Shown piece by piece: positions 31,613 to 41,479 of a stretch of DNA of 64,000 nucleotides. Numbering within the stretch: position 1 is the first letter of the stretch; the number at the start of each line of letters is the position of its first letter. The notes beneath the pieces are model-generated. The model was not told where the DNA came from. It did no database searches and was given only the letters and a program-made list of their open reading frames with translations. This DNA is from an uncultured Acidimicrobiia bacterium (lineage in GTDB: Bacteria; Actinomycetota; Acidimicrobiia; Spongiisociales; ZC4RG35), in contig CAWBOD010000011.1 in assembly GCA_963790345.1 (NCBI GenBank), positions 227,681 through 291,680 of the forward strand, written 5' to 3'. Made by a program: the position numbers and the translations under genes.

Positions 31613-31792
31613 ATGGCAACCAAGAAAGCGGCCAAGAAGGCTCCGGCCAAGAAGGCGGCGCCAAAGCGTGCCGCCAAAAAGGCTCCAGCCAAGAAGGCCG
31701 TAAAGAAGGCCGTCAAGAAGGCTCCAGCCAAGAAGGCCGTCAAGCGAGCCGTCAAGAAGGCCCCCGCCAAGAAGGCTGCGAAAAAGCGCTAG
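31613..31792 (+). CDS. small lysine/alanine-rich histone H1-like (AKKA/PAKKA repeat) basic protein
   Basis: AAGGAGG lies 5 nt before ATG 31613. The 59-aa product is MATKKAAKKAPAKKAAPKRAAKKAPAKKAVKK... The antisense ORF is a mirror artefact. Confidence 0.75.
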   Translation: MATKKAAKKAPAKKAAPKRAAKKAPAKKAVKKAVKKAPAKKAVKRAVKKAPAKKAAKKR

Positions 31793-31811
31793 CGCTTCAA
31801 CGTCAAGCCGT

Positions 31812-31860
31812 AAACAAAGAGAAGCAGGACAGCCATCGGTTGTCCTGCTTCTCTTTGTTT
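31812..31860. terminator. perfect 20-bp stem hairpin downstream of the AKKA gene
   Basis: AAACAAAGAGAAGCAGGACA (31812..31831), 9-nt loop, TGTCCTGCTTCTCTTTGTTT (31841..31860). The right arm ends in a T-rich run. Confidence 0.7.
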
Positions 31861-32155
31861 AGGTCCGAGCTGAGCTGGTTCTCTTGTTTAGGTCCGAGCT
31901 GAGCCGCTTCTCTTGTTTAGGTCCGAGCTGAGCCGCTTCTCGTTCTTTAGGTCCGAGCTGAGCTGCTTCTCTTTTTAGGTCCGAGCTGAGCTGCTTCTCG
32001 TTCTTTAGGTCCGAGCTGAGCCGCTTCTCTTTCTTTAGGTCCGAGCTGAGCTGCTTCTCTTTCTTTAGGTCCGAGCTGAGCCGCTTCTCTTTCTTTAGGT
32101 CCGAGCTGAGCGCTTCTCTTTCTTTAGGTCCGAGCTGAGCGGCTTCTCTGTGTTT
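31861..32155. repeat. 10 x 28-30 bp head-to-tail tandem array
   Basis: AGGTCCGAGCTGAGC(C/T)GCTTCTC(T/G)TT(C)TTT units start at 31861, 31890, 31919, 31949, 31977, 32007, 32037, 32067, 32097 and 32126. There are no spacers. A degenerate 11th unit follows. Confidence 0.95.
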
Positions 32156-32196
32156 AGTTGCGAGCGGGAGCTCTGGTCGGTGTCCGCCGGGTGAAG

Positions 32197-33150
32197 TCAC
32201 GCAGTCACGCGAGCGGCGGAGACCGGTCGCGACACAATCGAGCTCTTGATCCATGCCCTCCGACCCGGATCCTCCGACAGCATTAGTGCCCGCCGGAAAT
32301 ACGCATCGGCCTCACGGGCTCGACGTCGGCGGCTGGCGTAGGCACCGAGGTAGGCGAACGGGATGTCGAGTTGGGCGAACCTGCCCGGCTTCGACAGCTC
32401 CGACACCCACCACCACGCCCTCAGCTCGCCGGCCCTGGGGTCCTCGAGTTCGAAGATCCGGATATCCGCCCTGGCCATGGTGGCCGTGTCTCCAACAGCC
32501 GACGCCAGCGACAAAGCTTCGGCCAAGAGGTCACCGGCGACGTGGGACCGGCCATCGATGATCATGAGCTCAGCCAGCCGCTCGAGCCACGGGGCCCGAT
32601 CCGGGCCTCGCGACTCGCTCAGACGGGCATTGACGATGTCGAGAAACGATGAGATCGGGACCGGCGAGGATGGCGGAAAGTCTTCTCCCGACCTCAGCTC
32701 GGCAAGGTGGACGTCACCGCTGACCTGAGCAAGTCTCTCCTCGACCGGTTCCATCGAGGCAAGAGCTCTATGCGCAATTGCGAGGTGACGCGGGTCGACG
32801 TTGAGGGGCGCCAGGTGCAGGGGTAGGAACAAGCCGAGATTGCTAGTCCCACCGTCCACCTCCACGCGATAACCCAGCAGGAGAGTTTCCGAGTCGGGGG
32901 ATCGAAACCCACCAATCGGATGCGGTCGTCCCGGTATCAAACCCAAGCCCTCGATGAGTTGGGTCGCTGCTTCGCTCGGAGTCTCTCCCGACGCCAGTGT
33001 CACAGCCGGGAGTTCCCAAACGTCGGAAAGGTCAGCGTTCCTCATCCAGACCCGGGAAGCGTGATCGGTGATCACCGGAACCACCTGTACGGAAGTGTTT
33101 AGGGATCGGTCAGATGAACGACGTGAGGCGAGTGGGACGACGTCGGTCAT
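32197..33150 (-). CDS. hypothetical protein (degenerate Nudix-like N-terminus, helical C-terminus)
   Basis: 317-aa ORF with GC-rich third positions. ASGETPSEAATQLIEGLGL resembles a Nudix box but lacks the RE..EE residues. Confidence 0.5.
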   Translation of the reverse strand: MTDVVPLASRRSSDRSLNTSVQVVPVITDHASRVWMRNADLSDVWELPAVTLASGETPSEAATQLIEGLGLIPGRPHPIGGFRSPDSETLLLGYRVEVDGGTSNLGLFLPLHLAPLNVDPRHLAIAHRALASMEPVEERLAQVSGDVHLAELRSGEDFPPSSPVPISSFLDIVNARLSESRGPDRAPWLERLAELMIIDGRSHVAGDLLAEALSLASAVGDTATMARADIRIFELEDPRAGELRAWWWVSELSKPGRFAQLDIPFAYLGAYASRRRRAREADAYFRRALMLSEDPGRRAWIKSSIVSRPVSAARVTA

Positions 33151-33232
33151 TGCCCGCCAAGGCTACCGTCGAGGAAGTCACAGGCATGTGATTACCGAAT
33201 CCGGTTTTCGCCGGCCCGATAGATCTCCGGAC

Positions 33233-34531
33233 CTAGTCGTGGCTCCCGATCGAAACGTAAGCACATTCGATGCAGACACGCCGGACCAGGCCGACCGATG
33301 AGCCCGACTCCTTGAAGGTGTGGACATGATCCTCTCTGAGCTTGGGCGGGCGTCGCAACTTGGCGAGCAATCCCGTGCTGGTCTCAGAAGGATGATGACC
33401 GTCCGGGGCAAACCGAACGTCGCCACCGTTCTCGACAGGGCCTTTCTTGGGCGCGGCGGCCGTGGTATCGACCTCTCGGCGTTCATCGCGAGCCTTCACC
33501 GCCGCCGCCGAGATGGGCTCGGGCACCCGTACCCGGCCGAGGTCATCGGCGTCCTTGGGTTGGGCGTCGGCCGTGATCTTCTTGCGGCGGGCCGCCAACG
33601 AAGTATCGGCTGGTGGGTCCGCCACGACCTCGGCCGAAGTGGCTCTTTCGTCAAGGGGCTGAACGACAGGAACGTCCAGTGACGCCACGGCTTTGATCGC
33701 TGCCACCTCTTCGACCTGGGTGAGGGTGGTCACCGGATCCTGGCCGTTTTTCGTTCTGCGGCCGCTACCTGAACCCTGCTTGGCGGGAGCTTTGGGTCGG
33801 GCCGACGCGGCTGGAGCCTTCTCGGCCGGAGCCTTCTCAGATGGAGTCGATTTCACCGGCTTTTCGCGCTTGACCGATGCCGCTCGGGGCGTTAGTTCTG
33901 GAGCGGTTGGTTCTGGGGCGATAAGTTCTGGAGCTGGGGATACCTCGGGGGCCGGCACCGCCTTTCGCTCCTTGCGCGTCTCCGAACGCAGTGCTGCTGG
34001 CGCCTCGGCGACTGGTGGCGGAGTTGCCGCGACGGCAGCGCGTTCGGGAGCCAGCGATTCGGCTGCTTTGGAGCCCGCCTGGCGTCGGCGGTTTCGGACC
34101 GTGTCGGAATCCGAAACGTGAAGCGGGCGCTCTACGGGGCTTACCGTCTCGAGGGGCCGCGACCCATCCTTGCGCCTCGCTGCGTCCTCGGCGGCCCGGC
34201 GATGACGGCGCTTCCTCTTCTGCGCCGCCAACCAGCCTTCTTGCATCGCGGTGACCCCTCCGTACGCGAACTGGAGGGCATCGTCGGCCAGAAACTCGAT
34301 TTCATCGTCGCCCAGGAAGAGAATGAACCTCTCGGCTATGTCCCGGGCGACCTCGACATCGGCCAGGTAGTAGCGCCCGATCAGTTCCGAGTCGCGTTTG
34401 ATCTCAAGGTGGTACTCGTCGATCTCGAGAACCACCCTGACGCCAGGGTCCCTGTCACCCGGGGTACGGACTGATCCTTTGAATTGCACGTTTGTCCTAA
34501 GGCCCCGGTCGCGCCCCTCAATTAGGAACAC
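33233..34531 (-). CDS. hypothetical protein (structured N-domain, long Pro/Ala/Glu/Lys-rich disordered linker, C-terminal CxxC tail)
   Basis: 432-aa ORF directly downstream of gcvP. N-terminal IGRYYLADVEVARDIAERFILFLGDDEIEFLADD; C-terminal HVHTFKESGSSVGLVRRVCIECAYVSIG. The start codon is uncertain. Confidence 0.5.
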   Translation of the reverse strand: MFLIEGRDRGLRTNVQFKGSVRTPGDRDPGVRVVLEIDEYHLEIKRDSELIGRYYLADVEVARDIAERFILFLGDDEIEFLADDALQFAYGGVTAMQEGWLAAQKRKRRHRRAAEDAARRKDGSRPLETVSPVERPLHVSDSDTVRNRRRQAGSKAAESLAPERAAVAATPPPVAEAPAALRSETRKERKAVPAPEVSPAPELIAPEPTAPELTPRAASVKREKPVKSTPSEKAPAEKAPAASARPKAPAKQGSGSGRRTKNGQDPVTTLTQVEEVAAIKAVASLDVPVVQPLDERATSAEVVADPPADTSLAARRKKITADAQPKDADDLGRVRVPEPISAAAVKARDERREVDTTAAAPKKGPVENGGDVRFAPDGHHPSETSTGLLAKLRRPPKLREDHVHTFKESGSSVGLVRRVCIECAYVSIGSHD

Positions 34532-34576
34532 GTTCCCACAACGGGGGAGGCCGTCAAGGGAGATTCTACGGCCGCA

Positions 34577-37345
34577 TCAAGGGTTATAAGCATCAAGGGG
34601 CGGACAGGCGCAAATCAGATTGCGGTCTCCGCCGGGCCCGTCGACTCTCGAAACCGGCGGCCAATACTTGGCGAGCCGTTGCCGCGGATCGGGAAATGCC
34701 GCGGTTTCCCTTGAATACGGGCGATCCCAGTCGCTGGAGACCACATCGGCGGCCGGATGGGGGGCCATCCGCAGAGGGCTCTCGGCCTCGGTCCACTCCC
34801 CCGACTCGACCCGGGCGATCTCGCTCCGTATTGAGATCATCGCATCACAGAATCGATCGAGTTCTTCGAACGACTCGCTCTCCGTCGGCTCGACCATGAG
34901 AGTCCCGGCGACGGGAAAGCTCAACGTGGGGGCGTGGAACCCGTAGTCGGCCAGTCGTTTGGCGACGTCTTCGGCTGTGATTCCGGTCGTCCGGGCGATC
35001 GGGCGGACATCCAGAATGCACTCGTGGGCGACCCGACCGTTGGAGCCCGCGAATAGAACTGGAAAGTGCGGATGCAGCCTGGCTGCCAGGTAGTTCGCAT
35101 TGAGGATCGCAACCTCGGTTGCCTTCCTCAATCCATCCGGACCCATCATTCGTATGTAGGCATACGAGATCGGCAGGATCCCGGCCGATCCCCACGGCGC
35201 CGAAGCCACCGGACCGATTCCGGTGGGTGGCCCGGCTTCGGGCCGCAAGGGATGATTGGGGAGAAATGGAGCCAAATGCTCCTTCACCCCGACCGGGCCT
35301 ACGCCGGGCCCGCCTCCGCCGTGCGGGATCGTGAAGGTCTTGTGCAGGTTCAAATGGGACACGTCCGCTCCGAATTTTCCGGGACGAGCTACTCCCACCA
35401 TGGCGTTGAGATTGGCGCCATCGAGGTATACCTGTCCGCCGCGGTCGTGGACGATCCGGCAAATCTCTTCGACTGCCTCCTCGAAGACGCCGTGGGTCGA
35501 CGGGTAAGTGATCATCACCGCCGACAAACGGTCGCCATGGCGCTCCGCCTTTTCCGTGAGATCCCCGACGTCGACATTGCCGCGGGCGTCACAGGCCACG
35601 ACCACAACCTCCATTCCGGCCATCACCGCCGAGGCGGCGTTGGTGCCGTGAGCGGATGAAGGTATGAGGCAAACCACCCGCTGGTCTTCACCCCTGCTGC
35701 GGTGATAGGCCCGGATTGCCAGAAGACCGGTGAGCTCGCCCTGCGACCCGGCGTTGGGTTGCAGCGAAACGCGGTCGTACCCCGTGATCTCCACGAGATA
35801 CGACTGCAACCGCTCTATCAGCTCGACGTATCCGCCAATCTGGTCGAGAGGTGCGAATGGGTGGACCCTGCCAAAGCCCTCCCATGTAATCGGGATCATC
35901 TCGGCAGTCGCGTTGAGCTTCATGGTGCAGGAGCCGAGGGGAATCATCGTCCGATCGAGAGCGAGGTCGCGATCGGCCAGACGCCGAAGGTAGCGCAACA
36001 TCTCGTGTTCGGACCGGTAGCGATGAAAGACGTCATGCGTCAGGAACTCGTCCTGTCTTGCCAGTGCGGCTGGTATTCCTTCCGAGACTCGACCCCGGTC
36101 CTCCCCCAATCCGAAAGCCATGACCAACGCGTCAACGACTTCCGGTGTGCTGAGCTCGTCGAACGAAATACCTACTCGATCCGCGTCTAGCGGCCGCAGG
36201 TTGATCCCAGCCAGCAATGCCTTCTCCACGATTTCGCTCGCGCGGCCCGGAACTCTCACGGTGAGGGTGTCGAACCAGGTCGCGTTCTCAACCTCGACGC
36301 CTGCCGCGGCTAGCTCGCCGACCAGCCTTCCGGCGAGGTGGTTGATCCGCCGAGCTATGGCCGCAAGACCATCGGGCCCGTGCCAGCAGGCGTAGAGAGC
36401 GGCCATGATCGCCAGGAGAACCTGGGCTGTGCAGACGTTCGAGGTGGCCTTTTCACGTCGAATGTGTTGCTCGCGGGTCTGCAAAGAGAGGCGGAATGCG
36501 ACCCGCCCCCCCGTGTCCTTGGAGACCCCCACCAGACGCCCGGGCAACGCCCTCACCAGCGATTCCCGGGTTGCGATGAAACCAGCATGAGGACCACCGA
36601 AACCCAGCGGAACCCCGAACCGTTGCGACGAACCTACCGCGATGTCCGCACCCATCGAACCGGGCGAGGCGAGCAACGTGAGGGCAAGCAGATCAGTCAC
36701 CACCGCGATCAATGCACCGGCTTGATGAGCCTCGGCGATGATCGCCCTGTGGTCAGAGATCGCTCCACTCGATCCGGGATACGCCAGCAGCGCTCCACAT
36801 GACTCGGCGAAGTCGAAATCGGCCGGCCTGGCTACCTTCACCTCAATCCCCAGGGGTTCTCCCCGGGTCGAGACCACAGCGATCGTTTGGGGGTGGCAGT
36901 CTTCGTCGACCCAAAAAATCAATCTGTCTGCGGGTCCCAGGCGTCGGCACATGGTCATCGCTTCGGCAGCTGCGGTGCCTTCGTCCAGCAAGGAAGCGTT
37001 GGCGATCTCGAGGCCGGTGAGATCGGAGACCATCGTCTGAAACGTCAGGAGCAACTCGAGGCGGCCCTGGGAGATCTCGGCCTGATAGGGCGTGTAGGCG
37101 GTGTACCACGCCGGATTTTCGAGAACGTTTCGCAATATCACGGGAGGCGTGATCGTGTCGTAGTAGCCGAGCCCGATCATGGAGATGAGAACCTCGTTGC
37201 GCTTGGCCAGCCCCGACAACTCGGCCAGTGCGGCGCGCTCGGAGAGTGCGGGCTCGAGGGCAAGGGCGCGGTCGGTTCTGATTCCCTTGGGCACGGTCTG
37301 GGCGATCAACTCCTCGAGGGAATCGGCGCCGATCTCGGCGAGCAT
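34577..37345 (-). CDS. gcvP: glycine dehydrogenase (decarboxylating), P-protein
   Basis: 922-aa intact ORF with an internal PLP-lysine region ([18 protein letters not shown]). The conserved [15 protein letters not shown] lies in frame just upstream, with no start codon. An SD-preceded ATG at 37407 (MEALADF) is one frame off, so a 1-nt indel near 37385 probably truncates the annotated 5' end. Confidence 0.9.
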   Translation of the reverse strand: MLAEIGADSLEELIAQTVPKGIRTDRALALEPALSERAALAELSGLAKRNEVLISMIGLGYYDTITPPVILRNVLENPAWYTAYTPYQAEISQGRLELLLTFQTMVSDLTGLEIANASLLDEGTAAAEAMTMCRRLGPADRLIFWVDEDCHPQTIAVVSTRGEPLGIEVKVARPADFDFAESCGALLAYPGSSGAISDHRAIIAEAHQAGALIAVVTDLLALTLLASPGSMGADIAVGSSQRFGVPLGFGGPHAGFIATRESLVRALPGRLVGVSKDTGGRVAFRLSLQTREQHIRREKATSNVCTAQVLLAIMAALYACWHGPDGLAAIARRINHLAGRLVGELAAAGVEVENATWFDTLTVRVPGRASEIVEKALLAGINLRPLDADRVGISFDELSTPEVVDALVMAFGLGEDRGRVSEGIPAALARQDEFLTHDVFHRYRSEHEMLRYLRRLADRDLALDRTMIPLGSCTMKLNATAEMIPITWEGFGRVHPFAPLDQIGGYVELIERLQSYLVEITGYDRVSLQPNAGSQGELTGLLAIRAYHRSRGEDQRVVCLIPSSAHGTNAASAVMAGMEVVVVACDARGNVDVGDLTEKAERHGDRLSAVMITYPSTHGVFEEAVEEICRIVHDRGGQVYLDGANLNAMVGVARPGKFGADVSHLNLHKTFTIPHGGGGPGVGPVGVKEHLAPFLPNHPLRPEAGPPTGIGPVASAPWGSAGILPISYAYIRMMGPDGLRKATEVAILNANYLAARLHPHFPVLFAGSNGRVAHECILDVRPIARTTGITAEDVAKRLADYGFHAPTLSFPVAGTLMVEPTESESFEELDRFCDAMISIRSEIARVESGEWTEAESPLRMAPHPAADVVSSDWDRPYSRETAAFPDPRQRLAKYWPPVSRVDGPGGDRNLICACPPLDAYNP

Positions 37346-37475
37346 TTTGGCGATATCGGCGGGCCGCGGCCCGATGTGGCGGTCCGGAAATCCGCAAGGG
37401 CCTCCATCAAAGGCTCCCTTCTGTTCCGTCCCCCGACTGTCGGCCCGTCGCCTTCAGCCTCGCCTCAGCCGTGCG

Positions 37476-37593
37476 GTCCTTATGCCTGAGAGTTTGTGGG
37501 GATGCGTTGCCCCTTCGGCGACCAATTCGACCCCAGGCCAATTGCTGGAGAGTTGGCCATTCCTGGCCTTGGGTCGATCTGGTCTCTCCCGCC
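37476..37593 (-). promoter_or_regulatory. glycine riboswitch (single aptamer seen) in the gcvP leader
   Basis: The minus strand reads GGGAGAGACC...TCGCCGAAGGGGCAACGCATCCCCACAAACTCTCAGGCATAAGGAC. This contains the conserved CCGAAGGGGCAA and CTCAGGCA-AAGGAC cores, closed by GGAGAG/CTCTC. Confidence 0.75.
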
Positions 37594-37672
37594 CGGCTTC
37601 ACAGGCAAGGTCAATGTAGCGCAGGGCGATCGACTATCCACTAGGGAAGGCATGGCTTGGGAAGGAAGAGAA

Positions 37673-37707
37673 GCGGGGCTCCGGAAAGGGGGGAACCGGA
37701 GCCCCGC
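37673..37707 (-). terminator. hairpin terminator after ychF
   Basis: GCGGGGCTCCGG (37673..37684) and CCGGAGCCCCGC (37696..37707) form a 12-bp stem. On the minus strand it is followed by TTCTCTTCCTTCCC. Confidence 0.5.
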
Positions 37708-37884
37708 AATGCCCTTCTTGCGAAGAGCCGACAGGGGATCTCCATCGGCGGGTGCCAGGGGTTCCCGCAGCCCCTGTCGTGGGGTTGGGGACCGCCCGAT
37801 GAAGAATCACCGAGCGGCTTTGGGCATCATATAGATAGCCTTTGCCGCCTGCAAACAGTTGCACAAGCAACAAAGAACCACACC

Positions 37885-38968
37885 TCAGACCGAGAAGCGG
37901 ATCACCAGCACGTCGTCGGGTTTGATCACGTAGGACTTTCCTTCGACCCGGACAATTCCCAAACGCTTTGCTTGATCCCAGCCGCCGGCCTCGATGACCT
38001 GGTCGATCGTCGAGACCTCGGCCCGTATGAATCCCCTCTCGAGGTCGGAGTGGATCTTTCCTGCTGCCTCAGGTGCGGCCGCCCCGGCCCGCACAGTCCA
38101 CGCCCGCGATTCCTTGGGACCGACTGTGTAGAACGAGAGCAACCCGAGACCTTGATATGCAGCGCGGACCATCAAGGACAGCGCGCCCTCACCAAGACCG
38201 AGGCCTTCGAAAAGTTCGGCTCGTTCGTCGGCAGACAGCTTCGCCCCTTCCTCCTCGAGGCGGGCCGAGACCGCGACTACAGGATCACCAGGGGGGAACC
38301 AGCCGTTGCAGACGCTCAACCACCTCGGATGTGTCCTCGGTGCCTTCGTCGAGATTCACGACCCACACCGCCGGCTTCAGCGTCAAGGGGCTGGAATCTC
38401 GGAATGCAGCAAGTGCCTCCTCCGACCATTCCCTGGTTCGAAGGGACGCCCCACCGGCTAGCACCTCGACTGCCTCGTTGATCACGTTGGCCGCTCCCCG
38501 TTTCGACGGATCGGAGTTGGCCTCCCGGTTGAGGCGGTCGGCCCGGCGGGCCAGCACTTCATGGTCTGCCAATGCCAGCTCGAGTAGCAGTTCCTCCGCC
38601 TGGGTCATCGGATCGATCCCCGTGTCCTCGCTGGTGACCGATGGATTCGAAAATGCTCGCAGAACGACCACGAGCGCATCCATCTCGCGCAATTGGCCGA
38701 GGAACCGGCCGCCGAGGCCGCCACCTTCGCGACCGGGAGGCGATAAGGCGGGAAGATCGAGCAGCTCGAGAGTGGCCGGAACGACCTTCACCGACTTCTC
38801 CACCAGGGCCGCCGCCTCCAACTTGGGATCGGGGATACGAGCCACACCCATGTTCGGTTCAGTCGTGTTGTAGGGGTGGGTCGCAGTGGCAGCTTCGAGG
38901 CCCGTGAGGGCGTTGAACAGTGTCGTCTTTCCGCTGTTGGTGAAACCAACGATCCCGAGCCGTGCCAT
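37885..38968 (-). pseudogene. ychF: ribosome-binding ATPase YchF, one frameshift
   Basis: MARLGIVGFTNSGKTTLFNALT (ATG 38968) ...ERLQRLVPP is in one frame. GDPVVAVSARLEEE...GKIHSDLERGFIRAEV...VIRFSV is in the next. The switch is at the G6 run 38291..38296. Confidence 0.9.
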
Positions 38969-39057
38969 TCCCTCATTGTGCCAACTACGAAACCCTTCTC
39001 CGACGAGGGTGAATCCAGCGAGGACGGCGGCCGGGCCGGGCAAGTAGGTTGAGATCT

Positions 39058-40052
39058 ATGGATCACGTTGCGGTAATCGGTGCCGGCTCCTGGGGAACCG
39101 CGGTGGCGGCCCTGGCCGCCACCCACCAGCCGGTGGTCCTGTGGTCGCGCCGCCCCGAGTTGGCGGAGGTCATCAATGCGACTTCGGAGAATCCGGACTA
39201 CCTCCCCGGGTATCGCCTCCCCTATGGCGTGCGGGCCACCAGTGATCTGGACGAAGCCACCAGGGGGCCACCGTGGTGGCCATGGCGGTTCCTTCTCATG
39301 GATTTCGAGGGGTGATCGGTCGGATTTCGGGTCTCCCGGCCGAGCTCCCGATGGTTTCTCTCACCAAGGGAATCGAGGAGAGAACGCTGAGACGGATGAC
39401 AGAGGTCGTCGCCGATGTGATCCCCGATCACAACCCCGCAACGATCGGGGTGTTGACCGGACCGAATCTCGCCGGTGAGGTCATGGCGGGCCAGCCAACG
39501 GCCGCGGTGGTTGCGATCGTCGACGACGAGGCCGCGACGATCGTCCAACGAGCCTTGATGGGCCTCACCTTTCGCGTCTATACCAACCCTGACGTCGTCG
39601 GCTGTGAATTGGCAGGGTCGCTCAAGAACGTCATGGCAATCGCCGCCGGAATGTCAACCGGTCTTGGCTTCGGTGATAACACCCGGGCCGCCTTGCTGAC
39701 GCGGGCCCTCGCCGAGTTGACCCGACTCGGGAGTAGCGCTCGGCGGACAACCGGCAACCTTCGCCGGTCTGGCGGGCATGGGTGACCTGATCGCCACGTG
39801 CACGTCGGTCCAGAGCCGCAACTTTCGGGTCGGCATCGGCCTGGCTCAGGGACGCAAACTCGATGACATCATCGAAGAGATGAAAATGGTGGCCGAAGGC
39901 GTCAAGACCACAAGGGCCGTTTTAGAACTGGCCGCGGCGCCAACGTCGAGATGCCGATCGCGACCCAGGTGGCAAAGGTCCTGTACGAGGGGCATCACCC
40001 CCGGGACGCAGTGATGAGCCTGATGACCCGCCAGGCCAAATCCGAGAGCTAG
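39058..40052 (+). pseudogene. gpsA: NAD(P)H-dependent glycerol-3-phosphate dehydrogenase, three frameshifts
   Basis: [15 protein letters not shown] / [12 protein letters not shown]...LTKGIE...GPNLAGEV...GSLKNVMAIAAG / FAGLAGMGDLIATCTS...EGVKT / ANVEMPIATQVAKVLYEG. Switches at the G5 run 39263..39267 and near 39730 and 39938. Confidence 0.9.
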
Positions 40053-40077
40053 GCCCGACACCTAGATAGAACCGCTC

Positions 40078-40529
40078 CTAGATATAGAACCGATAGAGGA
40101 CCTGCGCCACGCACGCCGGCTTTTCGGACCCTTGGATCTCAAAGGTCAGATCGAGGCTGACCTGGTAGCCCCCGGGAACGTCTTCAACCGCGGCGAGCGT
40201 TCCCCCCGCTCGCAATTTGGCGCCGACCGGAACCGGTGAGACGAAACGGACCCTGTTGGTTCCGTAGTTGACACCCATGCTCACGCCACCCACCGAGAGG
40301 ATTTCGGACACGAACGGCACGGCGAGGGACAAAGTCAGATAGCCATGGGCGATCGTCGTCCCGAACGGACCCGCCCGGGCCTGCTCCGGATCGACGTGGA
40401 TCCATTGATGATCGTCAGTGGCCTCGGCGAAGGCGTCGATCCTCTCCTGGGTTATCTCCAGCCAATCCGAGTATCCCAGATGGGATCCGACCGACCCGGC
40501 CAGCTCCTAGGCGATGCAAAAGTCGTCAT
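40078..40529 (-). pseudogene. MaoC-like (R)-specific enoyl-CoA hydratase, frameshift near the 5' end
   Basis: ELAGSVGSHLGYSDWLEITQERIDAFAEATDDHQWIHVD...GTTIAHGYL is in frame with the 84-aa ORF but is preceded by a stop. The ATG (MTTFASP, 40529) is in another frame. Switch near 40505. Confidence 0.8.
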
Positions 40530-41470
40530 CGGAGCGACCTTAATGGTCCGGCGTCGACGATCAGCGCCGCCGAACCCGCAACGACTCGATACAGCAGTTC
40601 GCGATCGCCCAGAAGGTGGTGAAGCCTCCGTTCCAGTTGGCCCACCGGGTAGAGATTCTGAGGGGCGCGAGGGTCTTTGTGGGCTGCGCTGGCGTAACGA
40701 CACATGGTCGCGGCGGTGAGGTCGGCGATGCGGCGGGCCGAGGCAACGTCTTGATCGGCATTGACTTCTGCCCGAACGATGCCGTCCATCGGACCCGGCA
40801 TCCTTCAGTGGGAGCTTGAGATACCAGGAGAAGCGACTCCAGCTGGTCGTGGTCAGAAAAAGCGGGGTCCGATCTCCGGGTCCGAGCCTGCCCAGGATCG
40901 GACGCAGGTTCGGGAGGGAGATAGTGGACGTGCTGGGTCTTGATGTACCCGACTGCCCCGGGAACGTGCCGATGATGGGACAGAGGGCCGTCAACGACTA
41001 TCAGCGGGGCATCGGCGTGGGAGGCGACGATCGTTCCTTCGAATTCGCCCATTCGCTGTTGCAGGCCCAGCCAGAGATCTTCGGCGACGATGCCCCGGGT
41101 TTGATGGATGTCGTATTCGGCATGACGGGTGATGACCTGGCTTGCGGCCGCCGCCGACGGTGAAGATTCCCCGCCGAATCTCGTGGGCCACGATGCGAGC
41201 GCTGTGGTTGCAGAGCACTGCCCCGGCGCCATAGCTGGCGGCCAGGGCCAGCATGGGTGTCCCGTCCTCTTCCTCGATCCAGAGATTGGCGTCGACACGG
41301 CGCACGCCGTCGACAAAGAGCACCTCCTCGGCCGGTTTGGCATTGACGACGATCGGGGCCCACTTGGCTGCATCGACTTCGATGTCGACGACGGCCTCGG
41401 GTGCCTCGAGGTCTTCCTTGCCGCCCGGGCTTCCGTACTCAGGTGACCAGGGCTGCACCGTGAACTTCAT
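40526..41470 (-). pseudogene. nurA: NurA-like nuclease (putative), three frameshifts
   Basis: Four frames concatenate to ~315 aa: MKFTVQPW...VLFVDGVRRVD... / ...ADAPLIVVDGPLSHH...GYIKTQHVHYLPP / LRPILG...TPLFLTTTSWSRFSWYLKLPL / DGIVRAEV...KDPRAPQNLYPVGQLE... The two DG motifs, the size and the position after rad50/sbcC fit NurA. The call is from memory of motifs only. Confidence 0.5.
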
Positions 41471-41479
41471 GGTGTCCTG

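Noticed and set aside
31861-32155. Possible CRISPR array (regular ~30-bp repeats)
   Set aside because: The units are directly abutting with no unique spacers, unit length varies from 28 to 30 nt, and no cas genes are in the window. It is a plain tandem repeat.
31859-32254. 131-aa minus-strand ORF encoding LSSDLKKEKR decapeptide repeats
   Set aside because: It is open only because most units are 30 nt. The 28- and 29-nt units shift the frame, the ORF overlaps the 3' end of the neighbouring gene, and composition is unlike local coding DNA.
37540-37640. Second (tandem) glycine aptamer upstream of the recognised one
   Set aside because: I could not find a second CCGAAGG.GCAA / CTCAGGCA-AAGGAC core by eye. 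This is left as singlet pending covariance-model search.
40078-40529. maoC as a functional fifth member of the herA-nurA operon
   Set aside because: The only evidence is an ATGA overlap with a frame-broken upstream gene. There is no known functional link, so it is treated as adjacency.
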